From a virus, in IMG/VR virus record IMGVR_UViG_3300034103_001788, positions 6,304-70,303 of that record: a DNA stretch of 64,000 bases, one strand, 5' to 3'. The notes under the pieces were generated by a model. The model was not told the DNA's origin. It did not search any database and saw nothing but the letters and a program-made list of their open reading frames with translations. Below, one piece after another: positions 39,469 to 48,287 of this stretch. The position numbers and the translations under genes are program-made. Each line of letters opens with the position of its first letter. Within the stretch, counting starts at the first letter, position 1.

Positions 39469-39999
39469 ATGAAAATAGGTTTTTGTGGAACAATGAGTGT
39501 TGGTAAATCAACATTAGTAAATGCATTAAGTGAATTACCACAATTTGAAGGTTATCATTTTGCAACTGAACGTTCAAAATACTTACGTGATTTAGGTATT
39601 CCGTTGAATACTGATTCAACATTAAAAGGTCAAACAATATTTTTAGCTGAACGTTGTACTGAATTACTTTATGATAAAGTTATTACTGATAGAACAGTAA
39701 TTGATGTTATGGCATTTACATTAAATGCTTCTTCTATTTTTTATAATGATAAACACAAATTTGAAAACTATGCCAAGTTACTCATTTCAGAGTATGATTA
39801 CATATTTTATGTATCACCTGAAGGTGTTGAAATAGAAGATAATGGTGTTCGTGAAACAAATTCTGAATATAGACAAACAATTGATAAAACAATTAACTAT
39901 ATTATTAATGCATATAAACCACTAATTAACAAATTTACCATTATTTCAGGTACAACAGATGAACGTGTACAAAAAGTATTAGAAACAATAAAGTTCTAA
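39469..39999 (+). CDS. P-loop nucleoside/nucleotide kinase-like ATPase (AAA_28/NadR-like)
   Basis: GFCGTMSVGKST, ITDRT.ID, YDYIFY, EDNGVRE. Confidence 0.75.
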   Translation: MKIGFCGTMSVGKSTLVNALSELPQFEGYHFATERSKYLRDLGIPLNTDSTLKGQTIFLAERCTELLYDKVITDRTVIDVMAFTLNASSIFYNDKHKFENYAKLLISEYDYIFYVSPEGVEIEDNGVRETNSEYRQTIDKTINYIINAYKPLINKFTIISGTTDERVQKVLETIKF

Positions 40000-40010
40000 T
40001 ATTTATAAGT

Positions 40011-40367
40011 ATGAAATTATCTGATTTACGTAAATTGATCATTGAATCTGTCAATGAAGAAGTATTAGAGGAAGTAAAACCCGTAGATGAAGTTGGTTCA
40101 TTCTACGTTGTAGAAAAACCTAAAAAAGGTTCAACCAAAGCCGGTATTGTAAAAGAAATGACTGTATTTGATAACATTGACCCTAAAAGTGTATTAGGTG
40201 TTTATGCAAAACGTCCTGCCGCTAACCAAAAAGCTTCTGAAGCTATTAAAGAAATGGAAGCAAGTATTAAAGACTTAGAAGCATCTATGAATGAATTCCG
40301 TGATGCTAAAAAAGGCATTAATGAAAAGAAGAAAAGAGCTGCTGATATTATTAAAAAATTAAGATAA
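40011..40367 (+). CDS. hypothetical protein with leader and coiled coil
   Basis: MKLSDLRKLIIESVNE; TATTTATA 3 nt upstream. Confidence 0.65.
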   Translation: MKLSDLRKLIIESVNEEVLEEVKPVDEVGSFYVVEKPKKGSTKAGIVKEMTVFDNIDPKSVLGVYAKRPAANQKASEAIKEMEASIKDLEASMNEFRDAKKGINEKKKRAADIIKKLR

Positions 40368-40543
40368 TGACACGCAAAGAATTAAGAGAAATCATCAAAA
40401 AAGCTCTTAAAGAAACCACAATTGATGTCCCCAATCCGGATAAATTAACACCTCAACAAAAACAACAAGCTATAAATACGGCTAGACAAACAACTCGTAA
40501 ACCTAATTTAGGTACAGCTAAAGATCCTGTAGACTTTATTTAA
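40367..40543 (+). CDS. small protein (58 aa) with leader-like N-terminus, below the ORF-track cutoff
   Basis: TAATG coupling; MTRKELREIIKKALKETTIDVPNPDK...PVDFI*. Confidence 0.65.
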   Translation: MTRKELREIIKKALKETTIDVPNPDKLTPQQKQQAINTARQTTRKPNLGTAKDPVDFI

Positions 40544-40562
40544 ACCAATTAAAACTAGTTAT

Positions 40563-40907
40563 ATGAAAAAAAGTATTATTACCCTAACCATTGTTGTATC
40601 TATCATCCTAATCCTTATTAATCTAGGACTTAGACATGATAAAACCAACTTCCAATCTCAAATAGACTCGTTAAACCGAGCTAATGATTCTTTATTAGCT
40701 AAAGTTGAAGACAATCAAAAACTCATCCATCGTATTGATTCATTAAATGCTGTGTTGGATAATGAGATTCAAAACACTAAATTTAAAATGGGTGAGTTAA
40801 ACGGTAAAGCAAATATTTATAAAAAATTGTACAATGAAGAACATAATCGTGTTGACACTATGTCTAATCCTATCCTCGTTCGCGAATTCACAAACGCTTT
40901 CGATTGA
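40563..40907 (+). CDS. putative spanin-like membrane protein (N-terminal TM + coiled coil)
   Basis: IITLTIVVSIILILINLGL hydrophobic anchor then coiled coil; overlaps next gene. Confidence 0.45.
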   Translation: MKKSIITLTIVVSIILILINLGLRHDKTNFQSQIDSLNRANDSLLAKVEDNQKLIHRIDSLNAVLDNEIQNTKFKMGELNGKANIYKKLYNEEHNRVDTMSNPILVREFTNAFD

Positions 40908-41238
40908 TACCCAATGTTGTGTACCTTGTGCTACTTTAAAAAAAGCACTACTGGTTAAAACCGAAAGAGATTATTTAAAGAATCAAATTGGAATCACTCG
41001 TGATTCTGTAACTCTTTTAAATGTTATTGTATCTCAACAAGATACATTGATTAAAAATAAAAACAATCAAATTGATTTATATAAAAAGAATGAATTGAAT
41101 TACGTTCAAATCATTGATAATAAAAATAAACAAGTTGAGTTATATGATAAAGCGTTAAAAACAGCTAAAAAAGGTATAAAAGTAGCATATGGTGTTGCTG
41201 TAGTATCTATTATTAGTGGTTTGCTAGTTGCACTATGA
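40834..41238 (+). CDS. putative secreted/membrane spanin-partner-like protein
   Basis: Signal peptide ending SFANS-Q, coiled coil, C-terminal TM VAYGVAVVSIISGLLVAL. Confidence 0.45.
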   Translation: MKNIIVLTLCLILSSFANSQTLSIDTQCCVPCATLKKALLVKTERDYLKNQIGITRDSVTLLNVIVSQQDTLIKNKNNQIDLYKKNELNYVQIIDNKNKQVELYDKALKTAKKGIKVAYGVAVVSIISGLLVAL

Positions 41239-42827
41239 GTGAAAATGTAGACTATAGAGAAATTATCAAGCAGGAATACATTAAATGTGTTCAGGATCCT
41301 GCTCATTTCATGAAAAAATACTGCCACATCCAGCATCCGCAACGTGGTAGAGTATTGTTTAATTTATATCCCTTCCAATCTAAGGTATTACATTTATGGA
41401 GAGATAATCCATATTCTATTATCTTAAAATCAAGACAGTTAGGTATATCAACATTAGCCGCAGGTTATTCTTTATGGTTAATGTTATTTCATAAAGATAA
41501 AAACGTTCTTTGTATTGCAACTAAGCAGGATACTGCTAAAAACATGGTTACAAAAGTACGTTTTATGTATGATAGTTTACCTTCATGGTTAAAAGAAAAA
41601 GATAAACCACTAGAAGATAGTAAATTAACATTAAGATTAAACAATGGTTCCCAAATCAAAGCAACATCAGCAAGTTCAGATGCAGGTCGATCAGAAGCCG
41701 TTTCTATGCTGCTTGTAGATGAGGCAGCGTTCATTGAAAATATTGGAGAAATATGGGCATCAGCACAACAAACACTAGCCACAGGTGGTGGAGCAATTGT
41801 ACTTTCAACACCTTATGGAACTGGAAACTGGTTCCATCAAACATGGACTCGAGCAGAAGCAAAGGAAAATGATTTTCTTCCTATTAGATTACCCTGGTTC
41901 GTTCACCCTGAACGAGATGAGGCATGGAGGAAAAAACAAGATGAATTACTAGGTGATCCTAGATTAGCAGCACAGGAATGTGATTGCGATTTTAGTACTT
42001 CAGGTGAAGTAGTATTTTACCCTGAATGGTTAGATTTCATTAAAGAAACAACAATACGAGAACCACTCGAAAGAAGAGGAGTTGACCAAAATTTATGGAT
42101 ATGGGAACCTGCAGACTATACAAGAGATTATATGGTAGTAGCAGACGTAGCTAGAGGTGATGGTAAAGACTTTTCAACTTTTCACATTATGGATGTAGCA
42201 ACTAATGTACAAGTTGCTGAATATAAAGGACAAATGTCTACTAAAGAATTTGGATATTTTCTAGTAGGTATTGCTACTGAATACAATCAGGCTTTATTGG
42301 TGGTTGAAAACTCATCTATTGGGTGGTCAACCATAGAAGCTATTTTGGAAAGAGGATATAGAAATTTGTATTATTCTCCCAAAGGAGGTGATACTTTAAC
42401 AGTTGAGTCGTATTTTCAAAGATATGAAAATAATCCTAATCTAACTCCTGGTTTTACTATGTCATTAAAATCACGCCCCCTAGTTATAAATAAATTTAGA
42501 GAATACATCGGAGATCGTTCTGTAATAATCCAATCAAAACGGTTATTAGAGGAAATGAAAGTGTTTATCTGGAAAAATGGACGAGCTGAAGCTCAAGGAG
42601 GATACAACGATGACTTAGTAATGGCTTTTGGTATTGGAATGTATCTAAGAGATACATCATTACGTTTTCAACAACAATCACAAGACTTAACAAGAGCCTC
42701 TCTTAATTCGTTTAAAGCAACCCAAATGAATACCTCAGGAGTATACTCACCTAAAACAGCTTATGGTGGTAATCCCTGGAGTATGGATATAGGAACTGAT
42801 AACGAAGATATTACTTGGCTTCTCTAA
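41235..42827 (+). CDS. terL: terminase large subunit (T4 gp17-like)
   Basis: LYPFQ, KSRQLGIST Walker A, LLVDEAAF Walker B, STPYG, ADVARGDGKD nuclease, NDDLVMA. Confidence 0.95.
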   Translation: MSENVDYREIIKQEYIKCVQDPAHFMKKYCHIQHPQRGRVLFNLYPFQSKVLHLWRDNPYSIILKSRQLGISTLAAGYSLWLMLFHKDKNVLCIATKQDTAKNMVTKVRFMYDSLPSWLKEKDKPLEDSKLTLRLNNGSQIKATSASSDAGRSEAVSMLLVDEAAFIENIGEIWASAQQTLATGGGAIVLSTPYGTGNWFHQTWTRAEAKENDFLPIRLPWFVHPERDEAWRKKQDELLGDPRLAAQECDCDFSTSGEVVFYPEWLDFIKETTIREPLERRGVDQNLWIWEPADYTRDYMVVADVARGDGKDFSTFHIMDVATNVQVAEYKGQMSTKEFGYFLVGIATEYNQALLVVENSSIGWSTIEAILERGYRNLYYSPKGGDTLTVESYFQRYENNPNLTPGFTMSLKSRPLVINKFREYIGDRSVIIQSKRLLEEMKVFIWKNGRAEAQGGYNDDLVMAFGIGMYLRDTSLRFQQQSQDLTRASLNSFKATQMNTSGVYSPKTAYGGNPWSMDIGTDNEDITWLL

Positions 42828-42846
42828 ATATTTATAACAAACACAA

Positions 42847-44718
42847 ATGGCAGATACCAGTTTATTCACGCGACTTAAACGATTATTTTCAACGGATGTT
42901 ATCGTAAGAAACATTGGTGGAGATGAACTTAAGATTATAGATGTTAACAAAATTCAACAAGCAGGACAGGTTGAAACCAACTCATTAATTGATCGATTTA
43001 CTCGATTACACTTAACAGGAGCAGCCCCTATTTATAACCCTGCTCTTAATTATCAAACATTAAGAACTCAACTATACTCTGATTATGAGGCTATGGATAC
43101 AGATTCTATTATTGCCTCTACATTAGATATTATTTGTGATGAATGTACTTTAAAGAACGATATGGGAGAAGTACTTCAAATTCGTTCTAGTGATGATGAT
43201 ATTCAAAAAATTCTCTACAATTTATTCTATGATGTATTAAATATTGAATTTAACTTATGGGCATGGATTCGCCAAATGTGTAAGTATGGTGATTTTTTCT
43301 TAAAGCTAGAAATTGCTGAAAAATTTGGTGTATACAATATTATTCCCTATACCGCATATAATATTAGCCGAGAAGAAGGATACGATGTTAAAAACCCGGC
43401 ATCAGTAAGATTTAAATTTGACCCCGATGGATTATCAGGCGGTGGCTCTACTGCTTCAGGATATGCATATACAAACAGGATAGATAATGCTATCTATTTT
43501 GATAACTATGAAATAGCTCACTTCCGTTTATTAACAGATGTTAACTATTTACCTTATGGTCGTTCATATATTGAACCTGCGCGTAAATCGTATAAACAGA
43601 TGGTATTAATGGAGGACGCGATGCTTGTACATCGTATTGTTAGAGCGCCTGAAAAGCGCGTTTTCTACATGAATGTTGGTAATATTCCACCAAATGAGAT
43701 AGATGCATTTATGGAAAAAACAGTTTCTAAAATGAAACGTACTCCATACATTGATCCTCAAACAGGCCAATACAACTTAAAATTCAACATGCAAAACATG
43801 ATGGAGGATTTTTATATTCCTGTTCGTGGTAATGATGCAACAACCAAAATTGAAACTACAAAAGGATTAGAATACGATGGTATTCAAGATGTTACATATT
43901 TAAGAGATAAAATGATTGCTGCTCTTAAAGTACCTAAAGCATTCTTTGGATATGAAAAAGATTTAACAGGTAAAGCAACATTAGCGGCTGAAGATATTCG
44001 TTTTGCTCGTACAATTGAACGTATTCAAAAGATTATTTTATCTGAATTATATAAAATTGCTTTAGTACATTTATATTCTCAAGGATACAATAATGAAGGG
44101 TTAACTAATTTTGAATTAGGATTAACTACACCTTCTATTATTTATGATCAAGAAAGAATTAACTTACTTAAAGAGAAAGTAGAATTAGCTCGTAACATTA
44201 TTGATACTAAACTTTTACCTACAGACTGGATTTATGATAATATTTTCCACTTTAGTGAAGATGAATATGATAGCTATAGAGATTTAATGCGCGAAGATAT
44301 GAAACGCACATTCCGTTTAACTCAGCTTGAAAGTGAAGGTAACGATCCTATTGAAACTGGTAAATCATATGGTACACCACACGACTTAGCTGCTTTATAT
44401 GGTACGGGTCGTTATGAAGCATCTAAAAATGTTCCTGGTGGATATAATGAGGATGAGCCATTATTAGGACGCCCTAAAGAAAAAGTATCAGATATTAATA
44501 CTCAAAATAATGCTTTGGGTAGGGATAGATTAGGAGTTAAAGCTACAAAGGTAGATGACCAGGAAAACTATAGTCCTACCCGACCACAGGTATCATATGA
44601 GGCTAAAACAGCATTATTAAAAAATAAATCATTATTTGAAAGTTTAAATAAAAAATTATCATTTGATGATGAACAAAGAGCTGCCTCTTTATTAGATGAA
44701 TCTAAAATTAAGGAATAA
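42847..44718 (+). CDS. portal protein (T4 gp20-like)
   Basis: LMEDAMLVHRIVRAPEKRVFY..VGN, MEDFYIPVRG, ALKVPK, EDIRF. Confidence 0.95.
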   Translation: MADTSLFTRLKRLFSTDVIVRNIGGDELKIIDVNKIQQAGQVETNSLIDRFTRLHLTGAAPIYNPALNYQTLRTQLYSDYEAMDTDSIIASTLDIICDECTLKNDMGEVLQIRSSDDDIQKILYNLFYDVLNIEFNLWAWIRQMCKYGDFFLKLEIAEKFGVYNIIPYTAYNISREEGYDVKNPASVRFKFDPDGLSGGGSTASGYAYTNRIDNAIYFDNYEIAHFRLLTDVNYLPYGRSYIEPARKSYKQMVLMEDAMLVHRIVRAPEKRVFYMNVGNIPPNEIDAFMEKTVSKMKRTPYIDPQTGQYNLKFNMQNMMEDFYIPVRGNDATTKIETTKGLEYDGIQDVTYLRDKMIAALKVPKAFFGYEKDLTGKATLAAEDIRFARTIERIQKIILSELYKIALVHLYSQGYNNEGLTNFELGLTTPSIIYDQERINLLKEKVELARNIIDTKLLPTDWIYDNIFHFSEDEYDSYRDLMREDMKRTFRLTQLESEGNDPIETGKSYGTPHDLAALYGTGRYEASKNVPGGYNEDEPLLGRPKEKVSDINTQNNALGRDRLGVKATKVDDQENYSPTRPQVSYEAKTALLKNKSLFESLNKKLSFDDEQRAASLLDESKIKE

Positions 44719-44742
44719 TTTTTTTAATCATATTTATAATAA

Positions 44743-45603
44743 ATGACTAAGCTTAAGCATAGCAAATATAAAAATTCTGGGTTAATTTTTGAATTGCTTA
44801 TTAGACAGGTAACCGCAGATACTATTTCGGGAAAACAATCACCCGCGCTTGATATTATTAAAAAGTATTTTCTTAAAAGTGAATTAAGTAAAGAATATAA
44901 ATTATACGAATCATTGTTAAAAAAATTACCTTTAACTGAATCAACTGCTAATATTGTTATTAATACTATTTTAGAAACTTCTAAAAAATTAAATCGAGGT
45001 AATCTACGTAGAGAAAAATATAACTTAATTAAAGAAATTCGTGATAATTATAATTTAGATGAATTTTTTAAAATTAAATTACCTAACTATAAGGCATATG
45101 CTGCTTTATATTCATTAATGGAAGTTTACAATAATGATAACTTGGTTAATCCTGATGCTATTATTACTAATAAAGTAACATTACTTGAAATTTTAACCAC
45201 ATCTAAAATTAATAAAAAAGAGGTTAAAGACGAGGTAATTGAGGAATTTAAAAAATACGATAAAGATTTACGTATTTTAACTTATCGTATACTGTTAGAA
45301 AAATTCAACGATAAGTACGATGGTTTAAATGAAAAACAAAAAGCCGTACTAAAGCAATTCATTACTGAAGTAGATTCAACACCTAAACTAAAAGAATTTT
45401 ATAATAACCAAATCAGCGAAATTAAAACTGAATTAAAAACATTAATTAAATCAGTTGATGATAAAGTTACAGTAATTAAATTAAATGAAATAGTAAATAT
45501 TATTTCTGAATTATCTAAAGAATCTTCAATTAATAACGAGGATATAGTTAATCTTTTACAATATTATCAATTGATCGATGAAATTAGAACAGTTAGTAAA
45601 TAA
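44743..45603 (+). CDS. head-cluster hypothetical protein
   Basis: KHSKYKNSGLIFELLIRQ; directly downstream of the portal. Confidence 0.6.
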   Translation: MTKLKHSKYKNSGLIFELLIRQVTADTISGKQSPALDIIKKYFLKSELSKEYKLYESLLKKLPLTESTANIVINTILETSKKLNRGNLRREKYNLIKEIRDNYNLDEFFKIKLPNYKAYAALYSLMEVYNNDNLVNPDAIITNKVTLLEILTTSKINKKEVKDEVIEEFKKYDKDLRILTYRILLEKFNDKYDGLNEKQKAVLKQFITEVDSTPKLKEFYNNQISEIKTELKTLIKSVDDKVTVIKLNEIVNIISELSKESSINNEDIVNLLQYYQLIDEIRTVSK

Positions 45604-45892
45604 GATATTAAGTGAGGTAGAACCTACTCCTCGTAAGTTTACTGTTGAACCTGGAGAAGTTGACCCTGAAGCTCGTAGTGTTGTATCTAAAGTAACATAT
45701 ACTCCTAACTTTGAAAAACTTCTTAAAGATGCTTTGCAATTAGAGTCTACCTCTAGAGCAGTAATGTTACAAGCTGAAGAAGATCAAGAATTTGAAGATA
45801 TTTTTAAAGAAATACAATACATTAAAAATAGAATTAGAGGTCATCTCCGCAACAATTATCGTAAAGAATACGAAAAAATGAAAGGCAAATGA
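45578..45892 (+). CDS. small putative head protein
   Basis: MKLEQLVNKILSE leader. Confidence 0.6.
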   Translation: MKLEQLVNKILSEVEPTPRKFTVEPGEVDPEARSVVSKVTYTPNFEKLLKDALQLESTSRAVMLQAEEDQEFEDIFKEIQYIKNRIRGHLRNNYRKEYEKMKGK

Positions 45893-46143
45893 AAAAGAAA
45901 CAACTTAAAGAAATTATAAGAAAAGTTGTTACTGAAATATCTGCCACTGGAGGCGGAGTAGCAGGAGCAGGTATGTCTACTGGAGCTGGAGAGCAATATG
46001 CTACTCCATTTGCTTTTAACCCTAATAAAAAAGCTAAAGGTACTTCCCGTAATTACTACTTAAAGATGGGTTGGAAACCTGTTAATAAGGAACAGATGAG
46101 AAAACAGGCCAAAGGTATGGAATATAAAGACTTGTGGAAATAA
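45889..46143 (+). CDS. small putative head protein
   Basis: MKKKQLKEIIRKVVTE leader; GEQYATPFAF. Confidence 0.65.
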   Translation: MKKKQLKEIIRKVVTEISATGGGVAGAGMSTGAGEQYATPFAFNPNKKAKGTSRNYYLKMGWKPVNKEQMRKQAKGMEYKDLWK

Positions 46144-46159
46144 TACATATTTATAACAT

Positions 46160-46612
46160 ATGAATAACAAACGCTACCTAAAAGTAAAAATGCTAAACCT
46201 CCAACAAGAGGTACAAGCACTTTTATCTAAAGGTGAAAATTTAGGACCTGGTGTTTTTGACGCTATTGCAGACGATATAGAAAAGTTAACAACTCAAATT
46301 ATTGACTTACGTAAAAAATCTCAACCTACAACAGCAGCTGATACTGAATCTCCTGAAGCTGAAGTTAAAGAATCTACCCCTCTTAGCTTAGAAGGTTTAT
46401 ATAAAGAAATTAAAGCTATACCAGGTAGTACGGGATTAGGGAATAAAGATAATGAAGATGTAGAAATGTATTATTTTGTAGATGAAGATGGTAATGTTAA
46501 TAAATTAGGTAAATTAAATCCTGATGAACTTAAAAAAGCCGAAGCTGAATTACAAAATGATGGATTTATAATGTCTGAAGAAGATTTTAGAGAATTAAAT
46601 AATATAGAATAA
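46160..46612 (+). CDS. head-cluster protein with one tagged acidic module
   Basis: EIKAIPGSTG at 46406; TATTTATA 4 nt upstream. Confidence 0.65.
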   Translation: MNNKRYLKVKMLNLQQEVQALLSKGENLGPGVFDAIADDIEKLTTQIIDLRKKSQPTTAADTESPEAEVKESTPLSLEGLYKEIKAIPGSTGLGNKDNEDVEMYYFVDEDGNVNKLGKLNPDELKKAEAELQNDGFIMSEEDFRELNNIE

Positions 46613-46613
46613 A

Positions 46614-47468
46614 ATGAGACAACAAACTCTACAAGAACAATACAATTTAATAGTTGAAGGAAAAGGTAATGCAACTGCTTTTCATAAGCAAGCATTAAAA
46701 CAATTCCCTCATTTATTTACTGCTCAATCTTCATTTGACCAAGTAGTAAATGTATTAAAACAAAAATCAATCATCAGCGAAATGGTAGCTCAAGGATTAG
46801 TATCTAATTCAAGTGGACCTAATTTCTTTGAAATCTTCAACACTAATATGGCTAAATTGAATGAGGAAGCTAAAGCTGAAGAAAAGAAACCAACTAAAGA
46901 TGTAACTGATTTAGAAACTAAAGGATTTGATTATAAAAATAAGAAAAATATTGATAACCAAAGTGGTGCTGAATTCTTATTAGGATTTTATGTTGAGTCA
47001 AGAAACGCTAAAAACGTTGATAAAACAGTAGAAGAAATTAGAGATATCGTAGTTAAAAACTTAGCTAAAGACCAATTACACTATGTTAAATCAGGTCAAT
47101 TTGGTGTTGAAGGTTTAGGCTATACTGAGGAAGCTCCAGGCTTAGGTAAAACTAAAGAAGTAAAAGGCAAATATGCCTCTTCGGGAATGGAACCAGTTAA
47201 ATTAAAAGAATCATACGGTAATGAAATTGATGTTCCTACTCCCTCTATGTTACTCCAAATGGATAAAGAAAGGCTTGGGAAAGTTATAGATAAAATGGAT
47301 AATAATGATATGCAAGCCTTTAAACGCAAATTTGACCAGGCCGAAGTATCTATTAAAAATGCTCTTAAAGCTAAATTAGAATCATTTGGCCTTGATAAAG
47401 CATTTAATTTAGGCGAATCTAAAGACACTTTAGTTAAAGAAATCTTAAAACGATTAACCGGAAAATAA
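46614..47468 (+). CDS. putative prohead core protein
   Basis: TLQEQYNLIVEGKG; LNE/LKE sites; G..VE...V.KNL.KD..HY domain; just upstream of the protease. Confidence 0.55.
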   Translation: MRQQTLQEQYNLIVEGKGNATAFHKQALKQFPHLFTAQSSFDQVVNVLKQKSIISEMVAQGLVSNSSGPNFFEIFNTNMAKLNEEAKAEEKKPTKDVTDLETKGFDYKNKKNIDNQSGAEFLLGFYVESRNAKNVDKTVEEIRDIVVKNLAKDQLHYVKSGQFGVEGLGYTEEAPGLGKTKEVKGKYASSGMEPVKLKESYGNEIDVPTPSMLLQMDKERLGKVIDKMDNNDMQAFKRKFDQAEVSIKNALKAKLESFGLDKAFNLGESKDTLVKEILKRLTGK

Positions 47469-48085
47469 TGAGTAAAACCCTCCTTATAGAAACCATTACC
47501 TTTGTGCCTCAACCTGTTAAACTAACAGAAGGGTTAAAGTCCAAATCCGGCAACATGATTGTTGAAGGTATTTTGGCTACCCCTGAGGTAAAAAATGGAA
47601 ATGGTCGCTATTATTCTAAAGATTTATGGGATCGGGAAATTAAAAAATACATGAACCTGATTAAAGACCGTCGTGCATGTGGTGAATTAGATCACCCCGA
47701 AACTCAAGTTATTAACTTAAAAAACGTATCTCACAACATTATTGATATCTGGTGGGATGGAGGTAACGTGATGGGCAAATTAGAAATACTACCTACCCCA
47801 TCAGGTAATATTGTTAAAGCATTAATTGATTCAGGTATTTCCGTTGGTGTATCTTCTCGTGGTATGGGAAGTTTAAAACCAATGGGTGAAAATATGATGG
47901 AAGTACAAGATGATTTTGAATTATTGTGTTGGGACTTTGTATCAACTCCTTCTAATCCTGGTTCATATATGATGACTGTTGGATTAAACGAAAGTATACA
48001 ACATAATCCTACTAAAAATTACTCTAGAGTAAATAATATAATTAGAGATATTTTATGCTCTAATGGAACTTGCCCCGTATTTTAA
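47468..48085 (+). CDS. prohead protease (T4 gp21-like)
   Basis: KNGNGRYY, GELDHP, VSHNI, ILPTPSG, GVSSRGMGS, DFVSTPS. Confidence 0.95.
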   Translation: MSKTLLIETITFVPQPVKLTEGLKSKSGNMIVEGILATPEVKNGNGRYYSKDLWDREIKKYMNLIKDRRACGELDHPETQVINLKNVSHNIIDIWWDGGNVMGKLEILPTPSGNIVKALIDSGISVGVSSRGMGSLKPMGENMMEVQDDFELLCWDFVSTPSNPGSYMMTVGLNESIQHNPTKNYSRVNNIIRDILCSNGTCPVF

Positions 48086-48113
48086 CCCCCCCTTGGATAG
48101 TCTCCTTGGACCG

Positions 48114-48143
48114 ACCCTCCCCTAAAAAGGAGGGTTTCTTTTT
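48114..48143 (+). terminator. Rho-independent terminator
   Basis: ACCCTCC-8 nt-GGAGGGT then TTCTTTTT. Confidence 0.7.
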
Positions 48144-48184
48144 CTCGTGTTTTTAGAAATATCGATATACGTATACGGGACAAT

Positions 48185-48245
48185 ATGCTATCTCTATATA
48201 GCATCCTTATTAAAAAAATCACATTACGCTTCTCTAATAAGCGTA
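48185..48245 (+). promoter_or_regulatory. twin-hairpin 5' leader of the scaffold/capsid operon
   Basis: ATGCTAT-CTCTAT-ATAGCAT and TACGCTT-CTCTAAT-AAGCGTA, both perfect 7-bp stems with CTCTA loops. Confidence 0.6.
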
Positions 48246-48287
48246 CTTCCCAAACAAAAAAACTTATTATAAAAAAATTTTAGGAAA

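Larger units (their letters stand above)
14583..46435 (+). repeat. dispersed 30-bp/10-aa coding tag E[IV]KxxPxNTG (~17 copies)
   Basis: Starts at 14583, 14927, 15287, 15691, 18964, 19348, 19828, 22705, 31989, 32481, 33335, 36758, 37178, 38372, 38694, 39105 and 46406. Confidence 0.9.

Noticed and set aside
14583-46435. Tag PxNTG as a sortase LPxTG signal
   Set aside because: Spacing is one residue longer, there is no following TM/basic tail, most copies are N-terminal or internal, and no sortase is present.
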